From the IMG/VR virus record IMGVR_UViG_3300008113_011532: a DNA stretch of 64,000 nucleotides, one strand, 5' to 3'. Shown one piece after another: positions 1 through 10,852 of this stretch. The position numbers and the translations under genes were made by a program. Positions within the stretch are counted from its first letter, which is position 1; each line of letters opens with the position of its first letter. The stretch is from an uncultured virus (IMG/VR IMGVR_UViG_3300008113_011532) (Duplodnaviria > Heunggongvirae > Uroviricota > Caudoviricetes). Under the pieces are notes generated by a model. The model was given only the letters and a program-made list of their open reading frames with translations, did not search any database and was not told where the DNA came from.

Positions 1-1530
1 GTGAAGGCAGTCGAGCCAGAGAAAACTGAAGGACCGCCAGACAGCACGCCGAAGGTAGAGGAAACGCCAGCACCAAGCCCGGTCGTCGAGACGCCAACAT
101 CCGCACAAATAGTCAGGGTCAGGGGCGAGTACAAACTAGAGGTCGTAAAACCCCTTCAGGACACTTCCAAGGTCAACAAAGACGAACCGAAGAACGGACC
201 AGACGACAAAAAGGACGCAAAGGACGCAGCACAACAGGACACGAACAAAGAGACAACCAAGCAGACGACCGAGTCGCAGAACGGAACCAAGGTGGCGGAA
301 ACAAAGGACGTCAACACAAAGACCACGACGTCACAACCAGGCGATCCTATGGTGGACAGCAACGGAAAACCAGTAAACTGGGACGAAGAAAAACCCGTCG
401 AGGAGTCTCAAAACTTACAAGCAGTACTAAAGGTGGTCGGACCAAACGGAAATCTGGTACTCTTCCCGGATGGGACAAGAAGGGACATCGGCGATCTCAC
501 GGTCGTAAAGAAGGAGAATCCGTACGATCCTGAGATACTAAAAATCCTCAACGAGGAGTACCCGATAGATCCTTCAGAGCAGCTCGACGAGGAGTTCGTC
601 GAGGTAGAGTTCACGGGAGCAGAGGAGGCCGAGGTCGAGGCTGCAGCTCTGGCGTCTATGATCGCCGCAGAGGACCAAAAGGACTACGCAGAGTTCGACA
701 AAATCTGGATGGACTTCAAAAGCGGCGCTGGTGGCGGAGGAGGCGGAGGAGGCGGTGGCGTCACCGACGGTGGCGGAGGTGTAAGCTTTGGCGCAGGCGG
801 AGGCTCGGTTTCAGGATCTTTGAACTTCGCACCTCACAAAAGCAAGAGCGGAAGGGGCTGCATCGGCAAGAACAACAGATCCAAGGACGATCTCGTCAGA
901 ATAATGTTCGACTACGTAGAGGGTGGCTACTACCATCCTATAATCGGATGGACCAAGTTCAGCGCAGGTGACAGGAAACTCTACGGATCGAGTGGCGAGA
1001 CCATGTGGGGCCTCGACAGGTACGCAGGTCAGACCGAGAAAAACGCGAAAGGAGCCTACTTCTGGGCCGAGATAGACAAAATATCAGGAAACGGCGAGTA
1101 CGGAAGATCGGGCCTGGCGAGGAAGACGCCAACAAGAAACTGGAACATCGGCCAGAACCCGGCCAAGTCTGGAGCATGGAAATGGGGCTACCAACCGAAC
1201 ACGACCAAAGGCTCCGAACTTCTGAAGGCGGCAATCGAATACGCAAAGGCTAGGTACGCAGAGAGCCTAAAGGCGAACTTCGGCACCGGAGAGCTTGCCA
1301 AGATAATAGAGAGCGACAACAGGCTTCAGTTCATGTACTTCAGAGCCACGTGGAACGGGGCGGGCTGGTATCAGAAATACGCAAATAACCTCAAGAAAGT
1401 CTTCGCAAAGGTCGGCAACGATCCGGACAAGCTGATAATAAGCGATCTCAACTTCAGGCACAGTTTCTCAAGCTCACTCATAAAGCACGACGCTGCGGTA
1501 ATAGCAAGGTTGATCGGTGCGAATAAATAA
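1..1530 (+). CDS. Virion/tail-associated protein (probably 5'-partial) with low-complexity and poly-Gly linker and a C-terminal lysozyme-like domain
   Basis: 509 aa ORF open at the window edge; EGGYY...GETMWGLDR resembles a lysozyme-fold catalytic region; lies in the baseplate cluster. Confidence 0.5.
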   Translation: MKAVEPEKTEGPPDSTPKVEETPAPSPVVETPTSAQIVRVRGEYKLEVVKPLQDTSKVNKDEPKNGPDDKKDAKDAAQQDTNKETTKQTTESQNGTKVAETKDVNTKTTTSQPGDPMVDSNGKPVNWDEEKPVEESQNLQAVLKVVGPNGNLVLFPDGTRRDIGDLTVVKKENPYDPEILKILNEEYPIDPSEQLDEEFVEVEFTGAEEAEVEAAALASMIAAEDQKDYAEFDKIWMDFKSGAGGGGGGGGGGVTDGGGGVSFGAGGGSVSGSLNFAPHKSKSGRGCIGKNNRSKDDLVRIMFDYVEGGYYHPIIGWTKFSAGDRKLYGSSGETMWGLDRYAGQTEKNAKGAYFWAEIDKISGNGEYGRSGLARKTPTRNWNIGQNPAKSGAWKWGYQPNTTKGSELLKAAIEYAKARYAESLKANFGTGELAKIIESDNRLQFMYFRATWNGAGWYQKYANNLKKVFAKVGNDPDKLIISDLNFRHSFSSSLIKHDAAVIARLIGANK

Positions 1531-1540
1531 TATATAGAGA

Positions 1541-3682
1541 ATGGCAGATAGCAAGGCGAAGAGGAAGTTCTGGAAGAAACCAATCGGCATAAGCAAAGAT
1601 AGAGTAGAGTTGGGCATAGGGGATATGCTCAAACTAAACGTCACCGGAATCAAAAGAACCGACTCATACGGCAATCCAGTCGCCATAGTTGACAAATCCG
1701 GACAGAGGTTCGAACCAGGTTTCACACCGGACAGCGTCTACGCGGTAGAGGAAAGCTCGGACAACCTGGCACCCAACGGCTGGTACGGCCACCTCATCGA
1801 CGCACACTTCGACAGCGAGAACTTCGCCAAGATGAAGAAGATAAGCGCACAGAAGAAGTACAACGACAAAAGAGACACCCTTCAACAGTTCGGCGACTGG
1901 AGGACAGACTACTTCCTACACGACAACCAGATAAACCAGAACTCACCGATACTGATGACCGACGGTCTCAGGAACGCCCCGTACACGATGTTCTCGAACC
2001 CAAGCAAGTACCACACTTCTTACGAGAACCAGGATCCGGTCATCTACGCATTCGACATAATCATAGACGCACTAAGCTCGCCGCTTCTGAACGGATCGAT
2101 AAGCGACTTCCTTGCACTCTACCCGAACGTGAGCGAACTGCAGTCGCGAAGGATAGTGTACCACGACTTCAAGAAGCAGTTCGAGAAGATCTTCAAAACG
2201 AAGGGCACGATACACTACGAACCAGGGTACAACCCGGGCCCTTTGATGTCCGACAGACAGAACGGAAGCCTTCTAAGCGGGCAGGCCGAGGCGGCGGCGA
2301 CAGGGCAAAGGCTCACACGAGGAAAGAAGGCCTACCTCGGACACTACCTGTACAAGATAGAGGGACTTGACAAACTTGTCGAGGCAAACACGGGCGCAGA
2401 GAACAACTACCTTGTAGACTACGGCAAAGATCTAATAAAGCTCACATTCACCGAAGACGTGACCGGTACTCTGTCGGCACTGGCACACATGTACAAGCTA
2501 CTGTACTGGTCAAGACCGAACGGAAAAGGCCTCGTGCCGGAAAACCTACTCAGGTTCAACTGCGACATAGTGGTCTACGAGATGAGGAACTTCAACAGGA
2601 TTAGGCCGGCCATGGCGTCTGACGGGAACTCGACAGGAAAGCTCGAGACGCTACGCGACAACGTATCGAGGTACATCTACTCACTCAAGGAGTGCCAGTT
2701 CTACTTCGACAAGATGGCACACGACTCGATAATCGACATGGGGGGCACTCCGAAGACATTCGACGCGTTCGACGTCAGCTTCGACTTCAAGTACTCAACA
2801 CTGAAGTACGAGAAGTGGGTGTCAGACCCTAACCTATTCGGCAAGTACGTAGGATACAACAACGGCGCGATCTGGAAGGTGGGTAACAAAGGCGCCAGGC
2901 TCTCCCAGAACTTCACAGTCGGGCGAGAAGACAACACGACGGACCAGACAGTGGCAGGAAACACAGGTACCGTAAGGGACTCATCCGTGCCGGTATTCTA
3001 CACTTCAGACACTAACAGCCTCGGCGAGCCAGGCGTAAAGGAAATCGAGAGGATAAAGACTTACATCAACGATCCTGTCAAAGAAGAACTGACGAAGAAG
3101 AAGGACACGGCACCTGCGGACACCAAGGCGAAAGACGTTGACCAGACCGTATCGGCACCAACAACCGTTGCGGCAAGCAACGAGGACGGACAGGGAAAGA
3201 CACAGGACAACGGCGAGAAGGAAGAGTCATTCTTCGACAAGTTCAAGGAGAAGTCGAAGAAAGGCGCAGCCAAACTCGCCAAGAAGACCGCCAACTTCTT
3301 CATCGACGAAGTCAACAACCAGATAAACATACGCGTACAGATAATAAACAACACGATAAACAACATCAGGAACGCAGTTGGCCTATCCGGTCTAGCAACC
3401 GAGCCAAGGAACGTCTACCCTAAGCCATACGTACCTTACAGCTTCGGAATATTCTTCGACGTCAGAAACGAGCTCTACAACTTCGCAGGCGAGGGAATAT
3501 CCAGTGCACTCGCCGGCTTCGGCAACGTTCTCGATCCGTACCAGGATCCGATGAACCCGAGCCTCAACCCGTTCGGCTCAATAGTTCAGAAATTCAGCAG
3601 CACACCTACGGTTCTAAAAAACAACGCGATGGCAGGACCTCAGACACTGCAAGCAATAATCAAGAAGTACGGCGGTAAGTAG
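1541..3682 (+). CDS. Putative tail/baseplate structural protein
   Basis: 713 aa ORF behind a TATATA motif, next to the gp5-like gene. Confidence 0.45.
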   Translation: MADSKAKRKFWKKPIGISKDRVELGIGDMLKLNVTGIKRTDSYGNPVAIVDKSGQRFEPGFTPDSVYAVEESSDNLAPNGWYGHLIDAHFDSENFAKMKKISAQKKYNDKRDTLQQFGDWRTDYFLHDNQINQNSPILMTDGLRNAPYTMFSNPSKYHTSYENQDPVIYAFDIIIDALSSPLLNGSISDFLALYPNVSELQSRRIVYHDFKKQFEKIFKTKGTIHYEPGYNPGPLMSDRQNGSLLSGQAEAAATGQRLTRGKKAYLGHYLYKIEGLDKLVEANTGAENNYLVDYGKDLIKLTFTEDVTGTLSALAHMYKLLYWSRPNGKGLVPENLLRFNCDIVVYEMRNFNRIRPAMASDGNSTGKLETLRDNVSRYIYSLKECQFYFDKMAHDSIIDMGGTPKTFDAFDVSFDFKYSTLKYEKWVSDPNLFGKYVGYNNGAIWKVGNKGARLSQNFTVGREDNTTDQTVAGNTGTVRDSSVPVFYTSDTNSLGEPGVKEIERIKTYINDPVKEELTKKKDTAPADTKAKDVDQTVSAPTTVAASNEDGQGKTQDNGEKEESFFDKFKEKSKKGAAKLAKKTANFFIDEVNNQINIRVQIINNTINNIRNAVGLSGLATEPRNVYPKPYVPYSFGIFFDVRNELYNFAGEGISSALAGFGNVLDPYQDPMNPSLNPFGSIVQKFSSTPTVLKNNAMAGPQTLQAIIKKYGGK

Positions 3683-3703
3683 GCACATCCTTATATATAG
3701 TTT

Positions 3704-5926
3704 ATGCCAAGAAAAGAGATATCCATAGTCGAGTCAGGTAAGACCTACTTGGGAGTTGTCGAGGACAACAAGGATCCAGAGAGACAATGCCGGTGCAAGA
3801 TACGTGTAGTAAACGTTCACGATGGTCAGAACAAAGACGGCAAGTACGAGATAGAGACAAAGAACCTGCCTTGGGCGAAGCCCTGGAAGGACCTAAACGG
3901 CAACGCGTCGAACGTTCCTGACCTGGGCAAGGTGGTCGTCGTCGTTTTCGAGAAGGCCAAGACCAACAGCCCAGAGTACATCTATTCCAACCACTACAAC
4001 GTAAACCTGGAGAAGAAGATGGCGGCGATTACAGAGGCCGACTACCTTTCGATGAAGTCTCTCCTTTTCGACCACAAGACACAGATTTACGTCAACGACA
4101 CCGAGGGCCTGAAGATGGACCACAAGTTCAACAACATAAACATCACCGAGAAGGCCATAGACGTCAACCTGAAGGACAACTTCGGAAAGCTAAGCCTCGG
4201 AACACCAAACGCGACACAGCGCGCGATACTCGGCGACAACTTCATGCAGTGGTTCGACGCATTCCTCGACCTGTTCGTGCAGCAGGGTGCTCTGATAGGC
4301 AACTTCGGCGCTCCGGTTATAAGCTCACCACAGCTACTCTCTCATATAATGCTCTACCAACAGCTAAAGGAACCAAAACTGCTTTCAAAGAACGTGTACA
4401 TTGTCGACAACGACTACGTCAAAAAGCAGACAAGGGTGGCCGACGCCACCGTCGGTGACAACTGGGAGTCCACCGTCACGAACAACGAGCTGACAAAGCA
4501 GGAGCCGGTGACCTACAACTCGGTCGCAGGCGCATCGTCGACGACCTTCGACAAGCCAGCGGATACACAACCTAAGGCAGACGGAACAACGCAGACATCG
4601 GATACCAAGCCACAGACGACCGAGACGCCACCTAAGAAGGACGTGAACCCTGACGCCAGGACAATTATACAGCTGATGAAGGACAAATCCTACACGTTGT
4701 ACAACGAACAGCTAAAGCTAAACATAGTGGCAGTCAGAAACCAGTGCCTGAAAAGCGGAGACAGGTACACGGACTCATTCTCCGACGACCTCTACGTCAT
4801 GTGGCTCAACGAATCAGCCGAGTGGGAGGTCTCAAAGTTCAAGTTCTCGACCGTACCTGGACTCGAGTTCACACTGACCAGGTCGATGATGCAAAACGGC
4901 ATGGATGCACTAGGAAGACGTACAAAGATACCAAACACGTTCGATAAATTCATCAACAAAAAGGTATACTCAAAGATGATAATGAGCGCAATAGACAGCG
5001 ACGAGAACTCAAAAGTCCTCACACCATCACAATACCTCGACACGTTCCAGCTGACAAACAAGGAACTTACGACCAAATCCGGCGCGTCGTTCCTGTTCTA
5101 CGAGGACGACAACGTAAACTCACCAAGCTTCACACCGAGAAACCTTGCAAAACCGAAGACAATGCCTTACAACGTAGTGATAGGCAGAGGATTTCCGGGC
5201 GGTAAGAACGTAGGTTTCTGGGGAATGTTCGCACGACAGTGCTTCTCGACCGAACCGGAACTCAGCGAGTTCTTATCACTCTGCCAAAAGCACGTCGAAA
5301 AGCACGGAAACAGCATAACATACACGCTCGTAACTAAGAACGACTGGACCAAGGCAACACAGAACGCCACAGTCAACAAAAACGATCCTGGCACGGATCC
5401 AGAGACCGCGGCAAACCCACCGGAAGAGAAGGCCGCCGCCGAGGTCAAAGACAAGCCAGCAGGAAAACCTGCCGAACTGAAGAATTCGACCGACGTGAAA
5501 GCATTCCAAATACTCGCAAACAAAAGCGGCGAGAAAGTGAAAGAGGACGGCAGCTGGGGACCAGAGTCTAACGCAGCATGGGAGAAACTGAAAGAGGCAT
5601 ACTTGAAAAAAATAGGATTTGTGAGCAACTCAACTATAAGACTCTGCGCATCGAGGCTTTATCCATACGGCAAGGTCGTGAAGCAGCCAGACGGAACTTA
5701 CATCTACCAGTCGCCATTCAACAACAACAAGTACACAATAACACTTTACTCGAACGAAAGGTTCATGTTCTACGACAACCTGCTACAGAAGTCAATCGGA
5801 ATGGGATCGTTCAGTGACGCGTGCCTCGAGATGAGCGCGACCGTAAACGGAAGCAAATTCGTACAGAAAGGACCCAACGCCTGGGACAACATCAGGAAGA
5901 TGCTGACGAAGGTAAAGAACGCCTAA
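3704..5926 (+). CDS. T4 gp5-like baseplate hub/spike protein (N-terminal OB-fold) with long C-terminal extension
   Basis: YLGVVEDNKDPERQCRCKIRV...LPWA...VPDLGKVVVVVF matches the gp5/VgrG OB-domain pattern. Confidence 0.75.
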   Translation: MPRKEISIVESGKTYLGVVEDNKDPERQCRCKIRVVNVHDGQNKDGKYEIETKNLPWAKPWKDLNGNASNVPDLGKVVVVVFEKAKTNSPEYIYSNHYNVNLEKKMAAITEADYLSMKSLLFDHKTQIYVNDTEGLKMDHKFNNINITEKAIDVNLKDNFGKLSLGTPNATQRAILGDNFMQWFDAFLDLFVQQGALIGNFGAPVISSPQLLSHIMLYQQLKEPKLLSKNVYIVDNDYVKKQTRVADATVGDNWESTVTNNELTKQEPVTYNSVAGASSTTFDKPADTQPKADGTTQTSDTKPQTTETPPKKDVNPDARTIIQLMKDKSYTLYNEQLKLNIVAVRNQCLKSGDRYTDSFSDDLYVMWLNESAEWEVSKFKFSTVPGLEFTLTRSMMQNGMDALGRRTKIPNTFDKFINKKVYSKMIMSAIDSDENSKVLTPSQYLDTFQLTNKELTTKSGASFLFYEDDNVNSPSFTPRNLAKPKTMPYNVVIGRGFPGGKNVGFWGMFARQCFSTEPELSEFLSLCQKHVEKHGNSITYTLVTKNDWTKATQNATVNKNDPGTDPETAANPPEEKAAAEVKDKPAGKPAELKNSTDVKAFQILANKSGEKVKEDGSWGPESNAAWEKLKEAYLKKIGFVSNSTIRLCASRLYPYGKVVKQPDGTYIYQSPFNNNKYTITLYSNERFMFYDNLLQKSIGMGSFSDACLEMSATVNGSKFVQKGPNAWDNIRKMLTKVKNA

Positions 5927-7758
5927 GCAGAACCGTTAAGGAACTCGTCTATAATCTTGATTTCCTTTATTTTGTACTGATAGATAATCTTGGTTATGTA
6001 CTTAGTTGTCTCCATCTCACACACCTGCCTTCCTTCGCCAGTAGAGTTGTTCGACACAAGAACACAACCGAGAGAGTCCTTCTTACTACCACCGGCGTGT
6101 ATCCTGATACCGGACTGGCCAGGAACACTATTGATCCTCGGAAGTACCCCGTTCCTCTCAACGGCCTTCTCAGAATCAGGGAACTTGACGTAGTGCTTGG
6201 CGAGCCAGCTCTTGCTAGTAGAGTCGAGCGAAAGCGGATAAGTGCCGTGCTCGATACACCTCGAGTTCTCGTTCTCCTTAGTACCCGTGTGCGGCTTCTC
6301 CTTAGCACTTATGTAAGGATGCTCGCAGGTGACCGCGATCGCCTTATTGTTGAAGTACAAGGTTCCGGTGGTACCCTTACTGGAAGTCTTCTCACGAATG
6401 AGCGTAAGCTGGTGGTATGACTTTATCTGCTTCTCGGATGATGCAGACAGCTTGGTCATGCTCCTGGCGATGACAGGTGTCTTGATGTCGTTGATAGTCG
6501 TACCGGCGGTGTCGATACCTGAAGCATCGTCGGAGCTAGTCGGAACACCCGGCGGCTTCCAGTTCTTATACTCGTCAGGTTCGTCAGGCATTTTGAGGTA
6601 CTCCTCCGGGAACTCAGGCACGTTATCCGGCTCTCCAACGTAGGCACCCTCCGTGTACTCTGGATCCAGCGTGTCGTAATCGGATATGCCGTCACCCTCT
6701 AACTGCTCTTCTCCGATGAACACGAAGAACTCAGGCAGATCCGTTTTTGCGGTTATGCTTATCTTAGAATCCGCTATCGATATACGTATTGGCAATTTAG
6801 TAACTTCTTGCGTCACGCCGGAGACCTCAGAAGGCTTCGTATCTTCATTGACTGGCGTGACCTGACTGGTGTCCGTCTTCGTGGGATCCTTGTACGGCAC
6901 GTCAGTGACGTTGGGCTTGTCGACGAGCGCGACCTTCTTACCGTCGGTGTAAAGCTTGTTCCAAACACTGAGCACATAATCTATTATAGTAAGGTCGCTG
7001 AACTTATCAGCGCTTCTCGCACTCGTGCCGTAGAAAGATGCCTGTGCAGGATTGACGGTGAAGAAAAGATTCTGTTCACTGAACCCCGAAACAAACTTAT
7101 CGCCTTTGGCGAACGTTATCAGTCCCTTACCGTCAGGCGGTATAACGTCGACGGATTTGAGGAAGTCATAGACCGACTTGTCATAATCGTCATTCACGTC
7201 AACCTCTCTTCCCCAGTTGTCGCTATAACGCGTACCACCCTCAGTGTAGCTTTTCCTCTGCCACTTGACCTGAATTTTCGCACCGTTGTTGAGGTAGTAT
7301 TCGTCGAACCCATAGTTACGCAACTTCGGCGAGTACCCCGGAGTGTAGTTGTCCTCAACAATCTCGAAGTAGGGATAGCCATCGAACTTTCGCTGCTTAG
7401 CGAGCACTTTGTCCATCTCACCGACCGCCGAGTAACCCTTCGTGCCGAGGCCGTCCATGAAATTGAGGTCAGTGTATAAGTAACCCCAATTAGTCTCATT
7501 CTCCGGCGTCTCAAGCTGCTTTATTATGAATAGCAGGAAGTCCAACAGAATTCCGTCGTCCCCCGGCATCAGAGGATTATCCAATCCGTCGTAAACCTTC
7601 TGCTTCTCAGTAACAGCGACGTAGCCCTCATCAATCTTTACGAGCCTCTTCTTTCCCAAGAAACCGGTCTCGTAAATTGATATCTTAAGGTCTACGCCGA
7701 AGTTCTTGTCGTACTTCCTTGGTCTAACCCTAATCGCTTTTATGAACTTGTCGGCCAT
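5923..7758 (-). CDS. Protein with C-terminal DUF5675 (L,D-transpeptidase-like) domain
   Basis: LIRE..TTGTLY..TCE..CIEHGTY..VPGQSGIRIHAGG...DSLGCVLV motif. Confidence 0.7.
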   Translation of the reverse strand: MADKFIKAIRVRPRKYDKNFGVDLKISIYETGFLGKKRLVKIDEGYVAVTEKQKVYDGLDNPLMPGDDGILLDFLLFIIKQLETPENETNWGYLYTDLNFMDGLGTKGYSAVGEMDKVLAKQRKFDGYPYFEIVEDNYTPGYSPKLRNYGFDEYYLNNGAKIQVKWQRKSYTEGGTRYSDNWGREVDVNDDYDKSVYDFLKSVDVIPPDGKGLITFAKGDKFVSGFSEQNLFFTVNPAQASFYGTSARSADKFSDLTIIDYVLSVWNKLYTDGKKVALVDKPNVTDVPYKDPTKTDTSQVTPVNEDTKPSEVSGVTQEVTKLPIRISIADSKISITAKTDLPEFFVFIGEEQLEGDGISDYDTLDPEYTEGAYVGEPDNVPEFPEEYLKMPDEPDEYKNWKPPGVPTSSDDASGIDTAGTTINDIKTPVIARSMTKLSASSEKQIKSYHQLTLIREKTSSKGTTGTLYFNNKAIAVTCEHPYISAKEKPHTGTKENENSRCIEHGTYPLSLDSTSKSWLAKHYVKFPDSEKAVERNGVLPRINSVPGQSGIRIHAGGSKKDSLGCVLVSNNSTGEGRQVCEMETTKYITKIIYQYKIKEIKIIDEFLNGSA

Positions 7759-7771
7759 AGTTTTTCAGTAT

Positions 7772-8296
7772 TTATATACCACCTATTATTATCTTGCCTT
7801 CCTCTACCGATACCGGCGGCCTCGTGCCCCTGTTTACCGTCGGCGGTACCGAAACGTTGTTGCTTAGGAACTTCTTCCTGTTAGGGTCAACCGTAGACGT
7901 TTTGTTCGGATAGGTTATCTTAGATGCGACCCTGTCTACTGAGTACCCAGTGTTCGACTCCTCGTTCGGCCTCCACCTGAAGCTATCGAGGTTGTCCTTC
8001 CTCGGGTAAAGTATCTCCGTGCCGCTAAGAATACCTATAGGGTTGTCTATGTTGTTTATATAAAGAATCACGTCGATGTCCGCATAAAGGTAATTGTCAG
8101 GTCCGTAGATATCCTGCATTATGAGGTCAATCCTGCCCTCAAGCCCAGGCTCGACCTTGTACTTGAAAAGGTCAAACTCGCCACTGAACGCCATCGATGG
8201 TGTGAAAAGATCCACAAGCGCCTGATCACCCCTGTACACGACGAGCGCCTCCGCAAGTGACTTTATGTTCATTTCCTCCATAATTACTATACTCAA
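7772..8296 (-). CDS. gp53-like/LysM-type baseplate wedge protein
   Basis: YKV..EGRIDLIMQDIYG...ILYINNIDNP pattern. Confidence 0.65.
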   Translation of the reverse strand: MSIVIMEEMNIKSLAEALVVYRGDQALVDLFTPSMAFSGEFDLFKYKVEPGLEGRIDLIMQDIYGPDNYLYADIDVILYINNIDNPIGILSGTEILYPRKDNLDSFRWRPNEESNTGYSVDRVASKITYPNKTSTVDPNRKKFLSNNVSVPPTVNRGTRPPVSVEEGKIIIGGI

Positions 8297-8306
8297 TAAA
8301 TTTTAT

Positions 8307-10316
8307 CTACTTCTTGGCACCTTTGGCCTTCTTTCCGTTTACGGCCTTGGTCTTCTTGCCACCATCGGTCTTAGAAGTCCCCTTCTTGTCCTCGACCGTC
8401 TTAGAAGTGTCCGCGTTGACTCCTGAAGAACCGTTACTACCTTTTATTCCAGATGATGCGTTCGTACCAGCCGAACCGTTTACGCCAAGCGAACCGCTGA
8501 CGCCACCAGAAGTTGGGTTATTACCATTCAAACCGCTGGATCCACTCGAAAGAGTCGCAGGATCCACGTAAACACCTTCCCAGGAGAAACCACCGATCGG
8601 CTCCACGTTACCCAGCTGGTCTATCTCGACCTCGAAGAACGACTTCTCCGCGTCGAGCGTCCTGAGATAGCCCGAGTTGAACTTCGCCATTATCTCCTGA
8701 AGACCCCACGGCCTTGCGTTGGTCAGAGTAAAACCGGCTTTTATCGATGCAGGTAGGTCGTTGAACGCCAGCGTAGGGCCGAGAGTTATCGTTACGGCCT
8801 GAGTGTACATATCACCGGCACAGAAAACCGGCCTGAGCGGATTGCCTATGGTGATGTGCCAAGGCGTGGAAGCCGCACCAGATAGCGCGTTGACGACACC
8901 CATAATCTCAATCTTGTACTTGGCAGCGAGTGTCTTGAGACCATCTTTTAGGAATCTTCCTATGAAACTCAAAACTTTACCACCCATCGCTGCAAACTTC
9001 TGTATCATCTTTTTCTCCTTATTATCCAACTTCTCCTGGTCTGCCGCCTCCCTTTCTGCCTCGGCTTCCTCTCTGTCTTCCTCATCCTCGATTTCGTCAA
9101 TCTCGGAGTCCGCGTCCCTTTCCGCCTTCCTTGCCTCAATAGCTGCCAAACCTTCCTGAACGAACTTGTTGACAGCCTTCGCAATCTTGCTGGCGATCAT
9201 AGATAGACCTGCCTTTATAGCCTTTATGGCATCAGTGACCATAGACATAGGGTCGCTGAGCCATTTGTTTATTTTCGCGGCAAGGTTCCCGGACAGACCG
9301 TAGAAAGAACTAGGCGAAGTTCCGAAACGAGCAATCATACCGATTATATCCATCCAGACTATTGTCGGGTCTATACCGGATATGAACTTCTGCTCGTACT
9401 CGCAGTTCATCTCTATGTCGACCTTGCAGTTGAGACCGGATCCTGCCTGCTCCTTAGGAACGGTCTTCCTTCTCTTGGCCTCCTTTATAAGGTTCGGGTT
9501 ACCCGATGGTATGTTGTCGGCACCCTCGATGAAACCCATCTTCTCGAGCATACGTCTCTGAAATAGCTCGGTGAAACCAGGTAGCGGTATGACGTTACCT
9601 AGCTTACCCATAACGTCACCCATCTTACCACCCATAACGTCGGCACCAATCTTGTTGAATATCTCTTTGAAGTCGCCGTCTGCGTCCGTCCATTCCTCAC
9701 CGAAAGTTATCTTCAGGTAGTCAGTGTTCTCAGGTACCCAGCTGATGAGAGTGGCCTGCGCGCCCGACTCGACGAACTTACCACTCGCGGACTTCTTCCT
9801 CGGAGTTATTATGTTGTCAGTGACCGCGGTGGCGTATTTCCTGGCAATCATAAGCCTGTTGTTCGGTAGAACACCCACGTCCTTCAGATAGGCGAAATCC
9901 GCCATCTTGAGCGATCCTCTCGTGGTCGAGAGGTGCTCTATAATATTCAGAATACTTACGTCGTAGACGTCGTTGTTGTGAAGCGACTTCCTCTGACGGT
10001 ACTTACCCTGCGGTGTCGCGTCCTGTGTGCCCTCCTTCCGCGCCTTCTTTATAGCCTTGTCGTCAATCGAGGAATCACCCGTACCCGGCTGGGAGCTTCG
10101 CTTTTCGTCGTTGAAAGCAGAAGCGTTCGGCCACGCCCTCACGACCCTTGAGCCGCTGAACAGAGAGTTACCCCTCAGACCGGCGTTCCAAGCGCCGGAG
10201 TTGTAAGCTGCGACGGACACACCTCTCGTGTTACCGTCGTTGAATGTCGACCTGCCGTTGTTAGGGATAGATCTCACGTTTATTAGACCCAACGGCGAAC
10301 CACCTAGAATTGCCAT
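8307..10316 (-). CDS. Putative baseplate/tail-tube-associated structural protein
   Basis: 669 aa ORF co-oriented with the gp53-like gene; TATATA motif upstream. Confidence 0.45.
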   Translation of the reverse strand: MAILGGSPLGLINVRSIPNNGRSTFNDGNTRGVSVAAYNSGAWNAGLRGNSLFSGSRVVRAWPNASAFNDEKRSSQPGTGDSSIDDKAIKKARKEGTQDATPQGKYRQRKSLHNNDVYDVSILNIIEHLSTTRGSLKMADFAYLKDVGVLPNNRLMIARKYATAVTDNIITPRKKSASGKFVESGAQATLISWVPENTDYLKITFGEEWTDADGDFKEIFNKIGADVMGGKMGDVMGKLGNVIPLPGFTELFQRRMLEKMGFIEGADNIPSGNPNLIKEAKRRKTVPKEQAGSGLNCKVDIEMNCEYEQKFISGIDPTIVWMDIIGMIARFGTSPSSFYGLSGNLAAKINKWLSDPMSMVTDAIKAIKAGLSMIASKIAKAVNKFVQEGLAAIEARKAERDADSEIDEIEDEEDREEAEAEREAADQEKLDNKEKKMIQKFAAMGGKVLSFIGRFLKDGLKTLAAKYKIEIMGVVNALSGAASTPWHITIGNPLRPVFCAGDMYTQAVTITLGPTLAFNDLPASIKAGFTLTNARPWGLQEIMAKFNSGYLRTLDAEKSFFEVEIDQLGNVEPIGGFSWEGVYVDPATLSSGSSGLNGNNPTSGGVSGSLGVNGSAGTNASSGIKGSNGSSGVNADTSKTVEDKKGTSKTDGGKKTKAVNGKKAKGAKK

Positions 10317-10358
10317 AGTAATTTGTTTTTTATAGAGTATATATTAATAAGCGTGGCG

Positions 10359-10748
10359 TCAGTAGTCCCTTATTATCTGTGAGTTGCTGAACTTTGAAAG
10401 ATTCTCGAAAAGATCGTCGAGCACCTCAGGACTTTTCCTGAACTCGTTGTAGAAAACAAGCACGTTGAAAGGATTATCGCCTAATATCTTCTTCAGGTTC
10501 AACAACTTCTCAATCGAGAACTCGTTCTCGAAGTCCGGTATGTAATAGATGTCCTTGCCTTTGTCTATGGCCTGCTGTATTTTGTTGAAGACTACAATCT
10601 TCAGATAGGTCCGGTCCTCCTCGTGAGTCAGCTCCTCCTCTTCCATTATCTTCTTTATGTCGATGACGTACTTGTTCTTGACCCTGTTGACCTTGATATA
10701 CTTATCAATCTTCTTCCTAGTCTTTACGTACACGCAGAAAAAATTCAT
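10359..10748 (-). CDS. Hypothetical protein
   Basis: ORF with phage-like codon usage; likely start MNFFCVY. Confidence 0.6.
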   Translation of the reverse strand: MNFFCVYVKTRKKIDKYIKVNRVKNKYVIDIKKIMEEEELTHEEDRTYLKIVVFNKIQQAIDKGKDIYYIPDFENEFSIEKLLNLKKILGDNPFNVLVFYNEFRKSPEVLDDLFENLSKFSNSQIIRDY

Positions 10749-10852
10749 CAAATAGCGTTTTCTTTTAGGTCGATTTAAGACCTTCACAGGAGTATATATA
10801 AGTTACCTGGCCTTCCACCGATTTCTGAAAAGACGATAATAATATATACTCT

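Noticed and set aside
724..800. GGN repeat as a contingency or repeat locus
   Set aside because: It encodes a poly-Gly linker with mixed synonymous codons.
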